Shown: positions 48,271 through 58,533, counted from the first letter of the stretch. The stretch is DNA of 64,000 nt from Erysipelotrichaceae bacterium (GCA_015058985.1 SVBH01000005.1:9496-73495), one strand, 5' to 3'. The notes: generated by a model from the sequence alone, not told the origin. Program-made: numbers and translations.

Positions 48271-49279
48271 AATAGTTATTATCGTATAAATTTTCTCGCA
48301 ACATTAATTTTGCAATAGCATCTTTAGGATTTTTATTTTCATATATTACAGAATAAATGCCCTCTGCAATAGGCATTTCAATACCTCTTTCCTTTGCTAA
48401 CTTATTCAAAACTTTTAAGGTTTGTAATCCTTCAATTGTAGCTCCTACTAATTTAATAGCTTCTTCAACGGTTTTCCCTTCACCAATATATCTTCCAAAA
48501 GTAAAGTTTCTGCTATGATTAGAATAAGCAGTTACAACTAAATCTCCTAAACCAGCTAAACCAAATAAAGCAGTTTCATTGTTAGTGTAACTTTTGGTAA
48601 ATCTAATCATTTCAACTAAGCCTCTTGCAACTAAAGCTGCTTTACTATTATCACCAAGTCCCATTCCTGCGGCTATACCAGATCCAATAGCGAAGACATT
48701 TTTTAAAGCAGCAGCAAGCTCAATATCCTTTTGTTGAGTTGAAACATAAAGTTTAAAATAATTATTAGAAAATAAACTACGAACCTTTTTAGCGATTTCA
48801 ATTTCTTTACACGAAACAGTAACAGCAGTAGCCATTCTTTGGCTAACTTCTTCAGCATGACTTGGTCCACTTAAAGTAACATTACCTTCTAAATAATTTT
48901 TATCTAATATATCTTCTAGAACTTCACTTATTGTCATACCAGTACTAATTTCAATTCCTTTTGAACCATTTATAAAAACTTTAGGTTCAGTAAGTTTCAA
49001 TCCTGTCAGTACTTTTCTTATAATTTGAGTAGGTAAAGTTACAATAATATATTTTGCAAAATTAACTGCTTCTTCTAATGAAGTAGTAGCTTTAATGTTA
49101 TCATTAAATTTTATATTAAATCCTTTTAAATATTTTTCTATCTTATGTTCTTCGTTTATTTCTTTTACAGCTTCTTCATCTATGGTCCATAGCAAAACCT
49201 CATGTCCATTATCCATAAGGGTATGTGCTAATGCAAGGCCCCAAGCGCCAGCTCCTAAAACGGATATTTTTTCTTTCAT
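48269..49279 (-). CDS. gpsA: NAD(P)H-dependent glycerol-3-phosphate dehydrogenase
   Basis: GAGAWG, LSGPSHAEEV, ALKNVFAI, GLAGLGDL, SRN; GGAGG RBS before ATG 49279. Confidence 0.96.
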   Translation of the reverse strand: MKEKISVLGAGAWGLALAHTLMDNGHEVLLWTIDEEAVKEINEEHKIEKYLKGFNIKFNDNIKATTSLEEAVNFAKYIIVTLPTQIIRKVLTGLKLTEPKVFINGSKGIEISTGMTISEVLEDILDKNYLEGNVTLSGPSHAEEVSQRMATAVTVSCKEIEIAKKVRSLFSNNYFKLYVSTQQKDIELAAALKNVFAIGSGIAAGMGLGDNSKAALVARGLVEMIRFTKSYTNNETALFGLAGLGDLVVTAYSNHSRNFTFGRYIGEGKTVEEAIKLVGATIEGLQTLKVLNKLAKERGIEMPIAEGIYSVIYENKNPKDAIAKLMLRENLYDNNY

Positions 49280-49370
49280 AATATTCCTCCAAACACATAC
49301 ATTATAACATAACAATTACTTCATATAAATATAAAAATTTAACCAACCGAAGCTGTTGAAAGGGGTAAAA

Positions 49371-49673
49371 ATGGATAATGATGAATTTCAAAAATTTATA
49401 AATCATATAAGTTCTTTTTCGGATTATCTTTTTCATTTATCTCCTTTTCAATTTACAATGCTAGGAATAGTTCTTGGTATAATTTCTTGTGAAGCATTGA
49501 CCACAAATCAACAAAATTCTTTAGGTAATTTTTTAGAAGAAGTTGGACAAATTTTATTAACGTACAACGCTCATGCTCAAACAACAAATGCTTTTCAATA
49601 TGGTACTATGCAAGATCAACTCAATATTCTGCGTACTCAATTAAATCAAATCATTCAAAATATGAAAAAATAA
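49371..49673 (+). CDS. Small conserved hypothetical protein (DUF6774-like)
   Basis: LTTNQQNSLGNFLEEVGQILLT pattern. Confidence 0.6.
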   Translation: MDNDEFQKFINHISSFSDYLFHLSPFQFTMLGIVLGIISCEALTTNQQNSLGNFLEEVGQILLTYNAHAQTTNAFQYGTMQDQLNILRTQLNQIIQNMKK

Positions 49674-49726
49674 TTTAATATAATGTTATCTTTATGATAA
49701 GATAGTATTAGTGGAGCGTGAATAAG

Positions 49727-51379
49727 ATGAAGCCAGATATAGAAATAGCAAGAGAAACCACGATGTTTCCTATAAAAAGAATAATAACTAAAAATGAAAT
49801 TGATGAAAAATACGTAGATTACATAGGAAAATATAAAGCAAAAATAAGTTTAGATTACTTTAAAGAATTGAAAAGCAAGAGAGATGGAAAGTTAGTTTTA
49901 GTAACTGCCATTAATCCTACTTCTGCAGGAGAAGGTAAAACTACGATGTCGATTGCTTTGGCACAAGGTTTATCTAAAATAAATGAAAAAGTAATCTTGG
50001 CGTTAAGAGAACCTTCAATGGGACCTGTCTTTGGAATAAAAGGAGGAGCTACTGGTGGAGGGTATTCACAAGTATTACCTATGGAGGATATCAATCTTCA
50101 TTTCACTGGAGATATGCATGCAATTACATCTTGTAATAATTTGATATCCGCTGTTATTGATAATCATATTTTTCAAGGAAATCAATTGAACATTGATCCA
50201 AACAAAGTAGTTTGGAAAAGATGTTTGGATGTTAATGATAGAGCATTAAGAGAAGTAGAAATTGTTATAAATAAAAATATTAAAAGAAAAGAAAGTTTTA
50301 ATATTACTGTAGCAAGTGAAGTTATGGCCATTATGTGTTTATCAACTTCTTTAAAAGATTTCAAAGAAAGAATTGGAAAATGCATTGTTGCTTATACTTA
50401 TGAAGGAAAAGCAATAACTATAAATGAATTAGGAATTGCTGGAAGTTGTGCTTCTTTAATGGCAGAAGCATTAAAACCTAACTTAGTACAAACAATTGAA
50501 CACGTACCAGCACTAATACATGGAGGTCCTTTTGCTAATATTGCTCATGGTTGCAGTTCTTTAATAGGAACAAAAATGGCATTAAAATTGGCTGATTGGG
50601 TTGTAACTGAAGCTGGTTTCGGGGCGGACTTAGGAGCAGAAAAATTCTTAGATATTAAGTGTCAAATAGGAAATCTAAAACCAAGTGCAGTTGTTATTGT
50701 GGCTACTACTAGAGCATTAAAACTTCATGGAGGAGCTACTAACTGTAAAGAAAAGAATATAGAAGCACTAGTAAAAGGATTTGCTAATTTAGAAAGGCAT
50801 GTTCAAAATATTCAAAAATATAAATTACCTTTTGTTATTTGTATTAATCACTTTGAAAATGATTATGATGAGGAAGTAGAAATATTATCTGCATGGTGTA
50901 AACAACATAATTATCCTGTTTCTTTCTGCGATGGTTTCTTAAAAGGTGGAAAAGGTTCAATTGATTTAGCAAATAAAGTAAAAGAAATTGCAGATTCAAA
51001 GAATGATTTTACTCCAATTTATGAAAAAGAAGATTTAGTAGAAGCAAAAATTCTAAGAGTTTGTAAAGAAATATATGGAGCAAAAAGAGTTGTATATTCA
51101 GAAAAAGCAAAACAAGACTTAGACCTAGTTTATAAATTAGGTTTAGAAAAAAGTATGGTTTGTATAGCAAAAACCCAATATTCTTTCTCTGATGATCAAA
51201 AATTACTAAATGCACCAACAGATTTTAATATCAATATCAAAGAAATAAGAATAGCTTCTGGCGCAGGATTTATTGTTGTTATCACAGGATCAATTTTAAC
51301 TATGCCTGGACTTCCTAAAGAACCTGCAGCATTATCAATTGATATTAATGAAGAAGGAACAATCACAGGATTATTTTAA
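49727..51379 (+). CDS. fhs: Formate--tetrahydrofolate ligase
   Basis: TSAGEGKTT, KGGATGGGYSQV, HGGPFANIAHG, TEAGFGADLG, MPGLPK. Confidence 0.98.
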   Translation: MKPDIEIARETTMFPIKRIITKNEIDEKYVDYIGKYKAKISLDYFKELKSKRDGKLVLVTAINPTSAGEGKTTMSIALAQGLSKINEKVILALREPSMGPVFGIKGGATGGGYSQVLPMEDINLHFTGDMHAITSCNNLISAVIDNHIFQGNQLNIDPNKVVWKRCLDVNDRALREVEIVINKNIKRKESFNITVASEVMAIMCLSTSLKDFKERIGKCIVAYTYEGKAITINELGIAGSCASLMAEALKPNLVQTIEHVPALIHGGPFANIAHGCSSLIGTKMALKLADWVVTEAGFGADLGAEKFLDIKCQIGNLKPSAVVIVATTRALKLHGGATNCKEKNIEALVKGFANLERHVQNIQKYKLPFVICINHFENDYDEEVEILSAWCKQHNYPVSFCDGFLKGGKGSIDLANKVKEIADSKNDFTPIYEKEDLVEAKILRVCKEIYGAKRVVYSEKAKQDLDLVYKLGLEKSMVCIAKTQYSFSDDQKLLNAPTDFNINIKEIRIASGAGFIVVITGSILTMPGLPKEPAALSIDINEEGTITGLF

Positions 51380-51385
51380 AAAAGA

Positions 51386-51416
51386 AAAAGCAATAGATTA
51401 CAATTCTATTGCTTTT
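51386..51416. terminator. Bidirectional terminator overlapping the nrdG end
   Basis: AAAAGCAATAGA-TTACAAT-TCTATTGCTTTT; nrdG stop lies in the loop. Confidence 0.75.
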
Positions 51417-51895
51417 ATTTCATTTGTTTGTAAATAATGAGGGACATCAATTATTCTTTGATTTTGACTTCCTCTAAATTGTAAAGTTAAGTCTCTTAAT
51501 TTAAGAATAAAGGGTCCATCAACAAGATAATCAAGATAATTCAATATTTCTTTATAAGAAGGATTGTCTTTAGCCATTTCAATAATTCTTTCAAAGGTAA
51601 AACCAGTATATAACATCACATTTAATCCTAGTTTTTTGACCTCTTTAGCTAGTTTTAATGATTCTTCCACTTGGAACATAGGATCTCCGCCTGAAAGTGT
51701 CACGCCATCTAAAAGAGGGTTTTTTTTGATTTCTGAAATGATATCTTCGACACTCATTTCGTACCCACCATTGAAATCATGAGTACCAGGATTATGACAT
51801 CCAGGACATTTATGTTTACAGCCCTGCGTAAAAACTGTAAATCTAAGTCCTGGGCCATCTACGATTGAGTCGTTAACTAAACCACTTATTCGCAT
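51398..51895 (-). CDS. nrdG: Anaerobic RNR activating radical SAM protein
   Basis: DSIVDGPG, CKHKCPGC, SGGDP, FRGSQNQR. Confidence 0.97.
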   Translation of the reverse strand: MRISGLVNDSIVDGPGLRFTVFTQGCKHKCPGCHNPGTHDFNGGYEMSVEDIISEIKKNPLLDGVTLSGGDPMFQVEESLKLAKEVKKLGLNVMLYTGFTFERIIEMAKDNPSYKEILNYLDYLVDGPFILKLRDLTLQFRGSQNQRIIDVPHYLQTNEIKAIEL

Positions 51896-54222
51896 TATTT
51901 ATCAGTAGTAGAATCGCCACAGCCATGTTTGACTCTAGCTTTTTCTTCTGCCTTTTTACCATTATTGAAACGATCTAAAGTACCAACTAAATAACCAGTA
52001 ATTCTTCTAATTCTTTCAAATTTAACATCATCTTCATGTCTTCCACATCCAGGACAAACATTATCTATGATACCATTGAAACCACATACAGGGTCTCTAT
52101 CAACAGGATGGTTAACTGCTCCATAACCAATTCCGTTTTCTTTCATAGCTCTAATTACTTTTTCAAAAGCAGATAAGTTCTTAGCAGCATCTCCATCAAA
52201 TTCAATATAAGAAATATGACCAGCATTTGTGAATGCATGATATGGAGCTTCTTTTTTGATTTTTTCAAAAGCAGAAATCTTATGATATACAGGTATATGG
52301 AAAGAGTTAGTATAGAAATCTCTGTCAGTTACACCAGGAATTTCTCCAAACAGTTTCTTATCAATTCTTACGAATCTACCAGATAATCCTTCAGCAGGAG
52401 TAGCAAGTAGAGAGAAATTTAATTGATATTTATTAGCAGCTTCATCAAGAAGTTCTCTCATTCTTCCAATAATCTTAATACCTAATTGTTGACTTTCTTC
52501 ACTTTCTCCATGATGCTTACCAGTTAATACTTTTAAAGTTTCAGCTAAACCAATAAAGCCAACAGACAAAGTACCATGTTTGATAACTTCTCTAATACTA
52601 TCATTCCATTTTAATTTATCAGAACCAATCCAAACGCCTTGACCCATTAAGAATGGGAAGTTATAAACTTTTCTTTGTGATTGAATTTCTAATCTATCTA
52701 GTAGTTGTTCAATTACCATTTCAACAGTTTTTTCTAATTCTTTAAAGAATAAATCAATATTCTTTGTTTTCAAAGCAAGTCTAGGTAAGTTTACAGAAGT
52801 AAAACTCAAATTACCTCTACCATAAGTTTGTTCTTTCGTTTTGTCGTAAGTGTTACCCATAACTCTTGTACGACACCCCATATAAGCTACTTCAGTGTTA
52901 GGATCGCCTTCCTTATAATATTGTAAATTAAATGGAGCATCCATAAATGAGAAGTTAGGGAACAATCTTTTAGCAGAAACCTTGATTGATTTTTTGAATA
53001 AATCATAGTTAGGATCTCCAGGATTATAGTTGATACCTTCTTTTACTTTGAAAATTTGAATAGGGAAAATAGGAGTTTCTCCTCTACCTAATCCATCTTC
53101 AGTAGTATCTAATAAACAATCAACAACCATTCTTCCTTCTGGAGAAGTGTCAGTTCCATAGTTCAAAGAACTAAATGGTACTTGAGCACCAGCACGAGAA
53201 TGCATAGTGTTTAAATTGTGAACTAAAGCTTCCATCGCTTGGAAAGTAGCTTTTCTTGTTTCTTTATAAGCATTTTTAAGAGCTTTAGAAGCAACTCTTT
53301 CTGCTTTTTCTTTATCAAAATATTTAGTCAATAATTTGACGAGTTCAACAGCAATGTTAGTTACATTAGAAATTTTATATAAATCTTCGACAGTACCTAA
53401 AGCAAGTACTTCTTCTTTCAATTTGTCTTCGTCAATATTGTCGTCTAATAAAGAAGATAATTCGACAATTTGCTTAGCGATAGTCTTTCTATATGTTTTT
53501 CTAACACCTGGCGCCATAGCGTAATCAAAGTTAGGGATAGCTTGTCCACCATGCATATCATTTTGGTTAGCTTGGATAGCAATACAAGCTAAAGCAGCAT
53601 AACTTCTAATATCATTAGGTTCTCTTAAAAAACCATGTCCAGTAGCAAATCCTCCCTTGAATAAAGTCAAAGGATCAATTTGGCAACAAGTTAAGGTTAA
53701 AGCATAGAAATCTAAATCGTGAATGTGAATATCTCCACTTTTATGTGCTTCAGCAAATTTTGGCTTTAACAAGTGAGAAAGATAATAAGCTTTTGAAGAT
53801 TCACTACCATATTTAAGCATAGTACCCATTGGAGTATCAGCATCAATATTTGCATTTTCTCTTTTGTCGTCATTATTCTTAGAGTCTTGGAAAGTTAAAT
53901 CTGCCATGGTTTGCATAAGTTTAGATTTAGTTTCACGTACTTCAGTTCTTTTAGCACGATAGACAATGTATGCTTTTGCAATTTCACCATATCCTTTTTC
54001 TATTAAAGTCATTTCGATGATGTCTTGGATATTTTCAACAGTAGGAATATTCTTGTTAGAATATTCGTTGTTTACTTTTTCTAAAACTGTTTCCACAACA
54101 TCATCAATGTTAGTTTCTAGTTTTAAATTACAAGAATCTGCAGCTTTAGAAATAGCTTCATAAATTTTGGATGAGTTAAAAATTTCTTTTCTACCATCCC
54201 TTTTGATAATTTTATTAACCAT
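51895..54222 (-). CDS. nrdD: Class III anaerobic ribonucleoside-triphosphate reductase with ATP cone
   Basis: IIKRDGR ATP-cone, HIHDLD, MGCRT, YTNSFH, CPVC/CPGC, RRITGYL; GGGGAGG RBS before ATG 54222. Confidence 0.97.
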   Translation of the reverse strand: MVNKIIKRDGRKEIFNSSKIYEAISKAADSCNLKLETNIDDVVETVLEKVNNEYSNKNIPTVENIQDIIEMTLIEKGYGEIAKAYIVYRAKRTEVRETKSKLMQTMADLTFQDSKNNDDKRENANIDADTPMGTMLKYGSESSKAYYLSHLLKPKFAEAHKSGDIHIHDLDFYALTLTCCQIDPLTLFKGGFATGHGFLREPNDIRSYAALACIAIQANQNDMHGGQAIPNFDYAMAPGVRKTYRKTIAKQIVELSSLLDDNIDEDKLKEEVLALGTVEDLYKISNVTNIAVELVKLLTKYFDKEKAERVASKALKNAYKETRKATFQAMEALVHNLNTMHSRAGAQVPFSSLNYGTDTSPEGRMVVDCLLDTTEDGLGRGETPIFPIQIFKVKEGINYNPGDPNYDLFKKSIKVSAKRLFPNFSFMDAPFNLQYYKEGDPNTEVAYMGCRTRVMGNTYDKTKEQTYGRGNLSFTSVNLPRLALKTKNIDLFFKELEKTVEMVIEQLLDRLEIQSQRKVYNFPFLMGQGVWIGSDKLKWNDSIREVIKHGTLSVGFIGLAETLKVLTGKHHGESEESQQLGIKIIGRMRELLDEAANKYQLNFSLLATPAEGLSGRFVRIDKKLFGEIPGVTDRDFYTNSFHIPVYHKISAFEKIKKEAPYHAFTNAGHISYIEFDGDAAKNLSAFEKVIRAMKENGIGYGAVNHPVDRDPVCGFNGIIDNVCPGCGRHEDDVKFERIRRITGYLVGTLDRFNNGKKAEEKARVKHGCGDSTTDK

Positions 54223-54551
54223 AATGTTACCTCCCCAAATAATAAAATAGTTAATTTTAGTTTTTCTATGTACCACCATTTTAGACTTAAAAAAAGATAC
54301 TTTCAAGAGGTAAAAATTTTATGAAATTTTAAAAAACGTAATAAAGTCAAGTGGCATATGAATTAATAGCAAAAAAAATTTTTTTTAAGAAAATTTTGAA
54401 CTTGAAATTAGTTTTTTATTATGTAATAATATGTACCCCTTTTGTCGAAAAAAGACAAATATAAAATTACGTCTAAAAAATTAACGCTATTGATACTAGT
54501 TTTTTTAAACTAAATTGTTTATAATTACTAAGATGTACAGGAGTGGATGCA

Positions 54552-55481
54552 ATGAACTTATTAAAAAAGACTTTTAAATTGTATCAAAAAGACTTTACAG
54601 GAGTATTGTCTATAGCTCTAGTTTGGTGTGCTATTTTATTTTTGAGCATCGCTTTGTCTCAAATAATAGGGCTAGGACCATTATTTTATATTTTTCTAGT
54701 AATACCTGCTACAATATCGCTAAGATTTGTATACTTTACATATTCTATGGGAAAGCCGATTAATTATAATTCCTTTAAAATTGGATTCCTAACATTAATA
54801 AGCAGTATTAAATTGTACTTTAGAATGATTAAGGAAGCTCTTATAGCAGCTCTAATTACATTAATCGCAGGAATTTTCATGATTTCTTTATGCATTAGTG
54901 TTTTCAATAACAAAGAATTTACACTAATTCAAGAAATGATGAATAATAATACTTTCACCAATTTTGGACAAATAATAGATTTAATACCATGGATACAATA
55001 CGCGATCGTAGGGCTAATAATAGTATGTGTAATAATTTATTTCTTATTTAAATTCAGATATAACTTTCTTCCATATATCGCATTCCAATCTCCAATAGAT
55101 GCTAAAAGTGCTAAAAATATGGGAGAGATGATGGTAAAAAAGACTTATATAAAATATGTTCTTATTAATGCATCAGTAGTAATATTTTTTATTCCATTAA
55201 CTATAGTTGGATATTATGTATATAAACTATTGCTTACTAATGGAATATTCACTGAACCAGGCAGCATCCTATTAGGAATTGGTACGGGTTGTATATTATA
55301 TGCTCCAATTCTAGGGTTCTATGGCCTTATGAATGCTATTTTCTATAACATTAGTAGCATTCCATTCCAAACTCAAATTAATAAAGCTTTGGATAAATTA
55401 TTGAAAGAATTAAAGAGTTTAGAAGAATCAAATATTCCATGTGATGAAAACAAAAAAGATGAAAATAAAAAAGATGAATAG
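54552..55481 (+). CDS. Integral membrane protein (DUF975-like)
   Basis: About 6 hydrophobic helices; GGAG RBS before ATG 54552. Confidence 0.65.
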   Translation: MNLLKKTFKLYQKDFTGVLSIALVWCAILFLSIALSQIIGLGPLFYIFLVIPATISLRFVYFTYSMGKPINYNSFKIGFLTLISSIKLYFRMIKEALIAALITLIAGIFMISLCISVFNNKEFTLIQEMMNNNTFTNFGQIIDLIPWIQYAIVGLIIVCVIIYFLFKFRYNFLPYIAFQSPIDAKSAKNMGEMMVKKTYIKYVLINASVVIFFIPLTIVGYYVYKLLLTNGIFTEPGSILLGIGTGCILYAPILGFYGLMNAIFYNISSIPFQTQINKALDKLLKELKSLEESNIPCDENKKDENKKDE

Positions 55482-55538
55482 TTAGTACTTGTTAAAAAAA
55501 AATAAATATGTTATTATAATCGAGCAGCAGCAAGTACT

Positions 55539-55629
55539 GGAGTAGTACTCAAGTTGGTGAAGAGGTATCCCTGCTAAGGATATAGACTGGGTAACTGGTG
55601 CGAGGGTTCGAGTCCCTCCTACTCCGCCA
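55539..55629 (+). tRNA. trnS: tRNA-Ser (GCT), CCA encoded
   Basis: GGAGTAG/CTACTCC acceptor stem, TATCC-CTGCTAA-GGATA anticodon arm, long variable arm, G73. Confidence 0.95.
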
Positions 55630-55640
55630 TTATAAAAATT

Positions 55641-55660
55641 AGTCCTTCGAGGACTTTTTT
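55641..55660 (+). terminator. tRNA-Ser terminator
   Basis: AGTCCT-TCG-AGGACT followed by a T-run. Confidence 0.75.
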
Positions 55661-55700
55661 ATTACCAAAAAAATAAAAAATAAAAAATTAAATTTATCTA

Positions 55701-55729
55701 TTGAAATCAAAAATCTTATATGTTATAAT
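55701..55729 (+). promoter_or_regulatory. Strong SigA promoter for tRNA-Gly
   Basis: TTGAAA-17-TATAAT with TG extension. Confidence 0.8.
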
Positions 55730-55767
55730 TTCCTTCGTCAACCACGAAAGTGATTGTTTATATACAC

Positions 55768-55841
55768 GCAAGTGTAGTTCAATGGTAGAACTTCAGCCTT
55801 CCAAGCTGACTACGCGGGTTCGATTCCCGTCACTTGCTCCA
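55768..55841 (+). tRNA. trnG: tRNA-Gly (TCC), CCA encoded
   Basis: GCAAGTG/CACTTGC acceptor stem, TCAGC-CTTCCAA-GCTGA anticodon arm, T73. Confidence 0.95.
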
Positions 55842-55852
55842 TTATAAAATAT

Positions 55853-55873
55853 AAAGCCCTTTGGGGCTTTTTT
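55853..55873 (+). terminator. tRNA-Gly terminator
   Basis: AAAGCCCT-TT-GGGGCTTT followed by TTT. Confidence 0.7.
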
Positions 55874-55922
55874 ATTGTAAAGTAAAAAAAACTATGCTAA
55901 CCTTTTAAAAAGAGGTGTTGGT

Positions 55923-56273
55923 ATGGATGGAGCATCATTAGGAGTAGTAATTACTGTAGGTTTTATTTTGTTTATTATAATAGTTTTTGTTTTTGCTGGA
56001 TCCACAAAGGATATTACTAATCTAAACATAAAGGGGTTATATCTAGGAAGTAATTTATTATATTTAAGAATTAAAATGAATTTGACTGCTGAGGAAGTTA
56101 GCATCAATACGGGAATAAAGTTAGAACTAATCAAAAATATGGAAAATGAAATCTATATGCCTACATTAAGTGAGTTAGACAAATTGGCTTCTTATTTTAA
56201 TTTAAAAAGAGAAGAATTGGTTTATAGGGATTTGAAGTTTGAAAATAAGGATTGGTATATTACAAAAAAATAA
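55923..56273 (+). CDS. XRE-family HTH protein with N-terminal TM helix
   Basis: Hydrophobic residues 6-25; LGSNLLYLR...ENEIYMPTLSELDKLASYF. Confidence 0.75.
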   Translation: MDGASLGVVITVGFILFIIIVFVFAGSTKDITNLNIKGLYLGSNLLYLRIKMNLTAEEVSINTGIKLELIKNMENEIYMPTLSELDKLASYFNLKREELVYRDLKFENKDWYITKK

Positions 56274-56303
56274 AAGATTCGTATCGTTAGATATGAATCT
56301 TTT
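56272..56303. terminator. Bidirectional terminator
   Basis: AAAAGATTCGTATC-GTTA-GATATGAATCTTTT (one G.T pair). Confidence 0.75.
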
Positions 56304-56896
56304 TAATTTCTTTTTCTTTTTTGAAAAACTTTAACTATTAATCCAATGAAAATGTAAAATATTTGTAAACAAAAGGAAATCACAAATAAATACCAAAAAT
56401 TGTATGATAAATACCCCAGGAAGAAACATAAAGCTAATGACCAAGTAAGAAGTGATGTGGAAACCAAAATTGCTTTATAGTCATAAAAAATAGCATTTAG
56501 TATCAGTACTACAGTAAAGAAACATGGTAAAGCAAAAACAAATGATAACCATGCTCTATCAACATTTGCAATATAGTTTAAAAAAAAGAAAACTAAGTTA
56601 GCAAGGAAAATTACTAGAAACAAAGAACCCCAAATAATGGTATTTATTTTTTTGTATTTACCATATGAAACTGTGCCATTTGAATTTATTAAGTCATTAA
56701 CCGTTAATGAAAAATAATTAGCTACAAAATCTAAAGTAACAACATCAGGCAAGACATCTCCTTTTTCCCATTTAGAAATTGATTTATCAGAATATCCTAG
56801 TGCATTACCTAATTCTTGTTGAGTCATATTCTTTTTTTCTCTTAACTCTTTTATATTATTAGCAAAATTAGTTTTGATTTCTTCATTTCTCATCAT
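56303..56896 (-). CDS. XRE-family HTH regulator with four C-terminal TM helices
   Basis: NIKELREKKNMTQQELG..LGYSDKSISKWEKG; AGGAGG RBS; TTGACT-17-TAAAAT upstream. Confidence 0.85.
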   Translation of the reverse strand: MMRNEEIKTNFANNIKELREKKNMTQQELGNALGYSDKSISKWEKGDVLPDVVTLDFVANYFSLTVNDLINSNGTVSYGKYKKINTIIWGSLFLVIFLANLVFFFLNYIANVDRAWLSFVFALPCFFTVVLILNAIFYDYKAILVSTSLLTWSLALCFFLGYLSYNFWYLFVISFCLQIFYIFIGLIVKVFQKRKRN

Positions 56897-56944
56897 TAAA
56901 TCACCTCCTTAATTTTAATTAATATAAAGTGGTAAGTCAAACAT

Positions 56945-56976
56945 AAAAAAAGGCAACTCTCTTGTCGTGAGAGTTG
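56945..56976 (-). terminator. Orphan minus-strand terminator-like hairpin in a divergent intergenic region
   Basis: Minus strand CAACTCTC-ACGACAA-GAGAGTTG-CC-TTTTTTT. Confidence 0.55.
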
Positions 56977-57069
56977 TAAGAAATCAGATTAGAAACAAAA
57001 TTAAAATCAATAGATAATGTTTTTTAAAATAATATGATAACCTTTTTGTTGTGAGCAGGAGGCGTTACT

Positions 57070-57909
57070 ATGAAATTTAAAATTATTGCAGATAGCAGTT
57101 GTGATTTAGATAAAAATTATTTAGAAGGAAAAGGTATAGGTTTTAGTGTTGCACCTCTATCAATAAATTTAGATGGAGAAGAATATATTGATAATGAGGA
57201 ATTAAACATTGAAAACTTTATGAACAAAGTGAATACTTACACAAGAAAAGGTACGACATCTTGTCCTTCATGTGGAAATTATTTAAAAGAAATGGAAGGG
57301 GCAGACTATTATTTTGTAGTAACTCTTTCTTCAAAATTAAGTGGAAGTTATAATTCTGCTTTAGCGGCGAAAAATATGCACAAAAATCCTGATAATATTT
57401 GTGTTATTGATTCTAAGTCAACTACAGGAGCTATGATTATCATAATAGATAAATTAGTAGAGTTAATAAATGAAGGAAAGAGTTATGAAGAAATTAGTAA
57501 ATTTATAACTAAATATGTTGAAGAAAATGTAGGATTACATTTTATTTTAAATAAGTTTGATAATTTAATAAAAAATGGAAGAATGAGTCCTACAAAGGCC
57601 AAGTTCGCTAGTGCTTTAGCTATTAAACCAATTTGCGAAGCTAGAGAAGGAGTAATTGAATTATCAAAGAAAACTATTGGTTTTTCCTCAGCAATCAAAA
57701 CTTTAGTAGAAGAAGTTGTTAAGAAGGTTAAAAATAGTTTAGGTAGACAATGTGTTATCTCTCATTGTCTAAATTCCAAAGCAGCATTGAGGATAAAAAG
57801 TTTGATTAGTGAAAAGCTACCTAGCATAAAAGTGAGGATTATTCCTATGAAAGGGTTATGTTCTTATTATGCCTTAGAGAAAGGTGTAATAGTTTGTTAC
57901 GAGCATTAA
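57070..57909 (+). CDS. degV: DegV family fatty acid-binding protein
   Basis: IADSSCDL, TSCPS, LSSKLSGSYNSA, IDSKS, GRM. Confidence 0.92.
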   Translation: MKFKIIADSSCDLDKNYLEGKGIGFSVAPLSINLDGEEYIDNEELNIENFMNKVNTYTRKGTTSCPSCGNYLKEMEGADYYFVVTLSSKLSGSYNSALAAKNMHKNPDNICVIDSKSTTGAMIIIIDKLVELINEGKSYEEISKFITKYVEENVGLHFILNKFDNLIKNGRMSPTKAKFASALAIKPICEAREGVIELSKKTIGFSSAIKTLVEEVVKKVKNSLGRQCVISHCLNSKAALRIKSLISEKLPSIKVRIIPMKGLCSYYALEKGVIVCYEH

Positions 57910-58032
57910 AGAAGGCAAAAAGTCTTCTTTTTTTCTTACAAAAAAAGTAAAAATTTGGTAAATTATAAGAGTAGATAGTCAACGTGCAGCTGTCATTTTA
58001 AGCATAAGTCCAGTTGATAGAGGAGGATATTT

Positions 58033-58533
58033 ATGTTTAAAATAGGAGATGTCGTGGTATATAAAAACTCTGTAATATGTAAAATAAATGGTATAGAGAA
58101 AATTTCTTTAGGAAAAGAAGAAAAAGAATACTTCGTTTTAAATTATTTATATAGAAATGTTCCTACTAGAATAATGTTACCAGTAGATAATTGTCTTCAA
58201 ATAAGACCAATTATGAGTAAAAAAGACGCTATTTCATTAATTGAATTGATGACTAAATCAAAAAATATTTGGGTAAACGATAATAAAGTGAGAAAAGAGA
58301 AATTTCTAAAAATTATTAGTGATAATAACAAAGAACAACTTTGCTCTCTTTTGCATACTTTATATATTAAAAAGAAGGAACTTGAGCAAAATAAGAAGAA
58401 TTTAAATTTGACTGATAAATCAATATTTGAGGCAGCTGAAGAAATTATTTTTGGAGAAATAGCGGCAAGTTTAAATATAGATATCAAGGATGTTTTAACT
58501 TATATTGATAATTATCTAAATAAAAAGTCTTAG
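58033..58533 (+). CDS. carD: CarD-family transcriptional regulator
   Basis: MFKIGDVVVY, I.GIE, IMLPVD, W..D.K.R, E.II.GEIA.SL. Confidence 0.88.
   Translation: MFKIGDVVVYKNSVICKINGIEKISLGKEEKEYFVLNYLYRNVPTRIMLPVDNCLQIRPIMSKKDAISLIELMTKSKNIWVNDNKVRKEKFLKIISDNNKEQLCSLLHTLYIKKKELEQNKKNLNLTDKSIFEAAEEIIFGEIAASLNIDIKDVLTYIDNYLNKKS

Noticed and set aside
51895-54222. Intein or intron in nrdD
   Set aside because: Length is normal for NrdD with an ATP cone; no splice motifs or frame break
54223-54550. Search for NrdR boxes upstream of nrdD; a single TGTCGAA (Spo0A-like) within TTTGTC-N7-GACAAA; an A8T8 run
   Set aside because: No NrdR consensus found; a single short motif in AT-rich DNA is not distinguishable from chance
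55739-55757. GAAA-capped hairpin in the tRNA-Gly leader as a separate ncRNA
   Set aside because: Short, mismatched stem inside a precursor leader of about 30 nt
57971-58032. Slightly GC-rich carD leader as a riboswitch
   Set aside because: Only a 6-bp pairing (GTCAAC/GTTGAT) and no known aptamer motif
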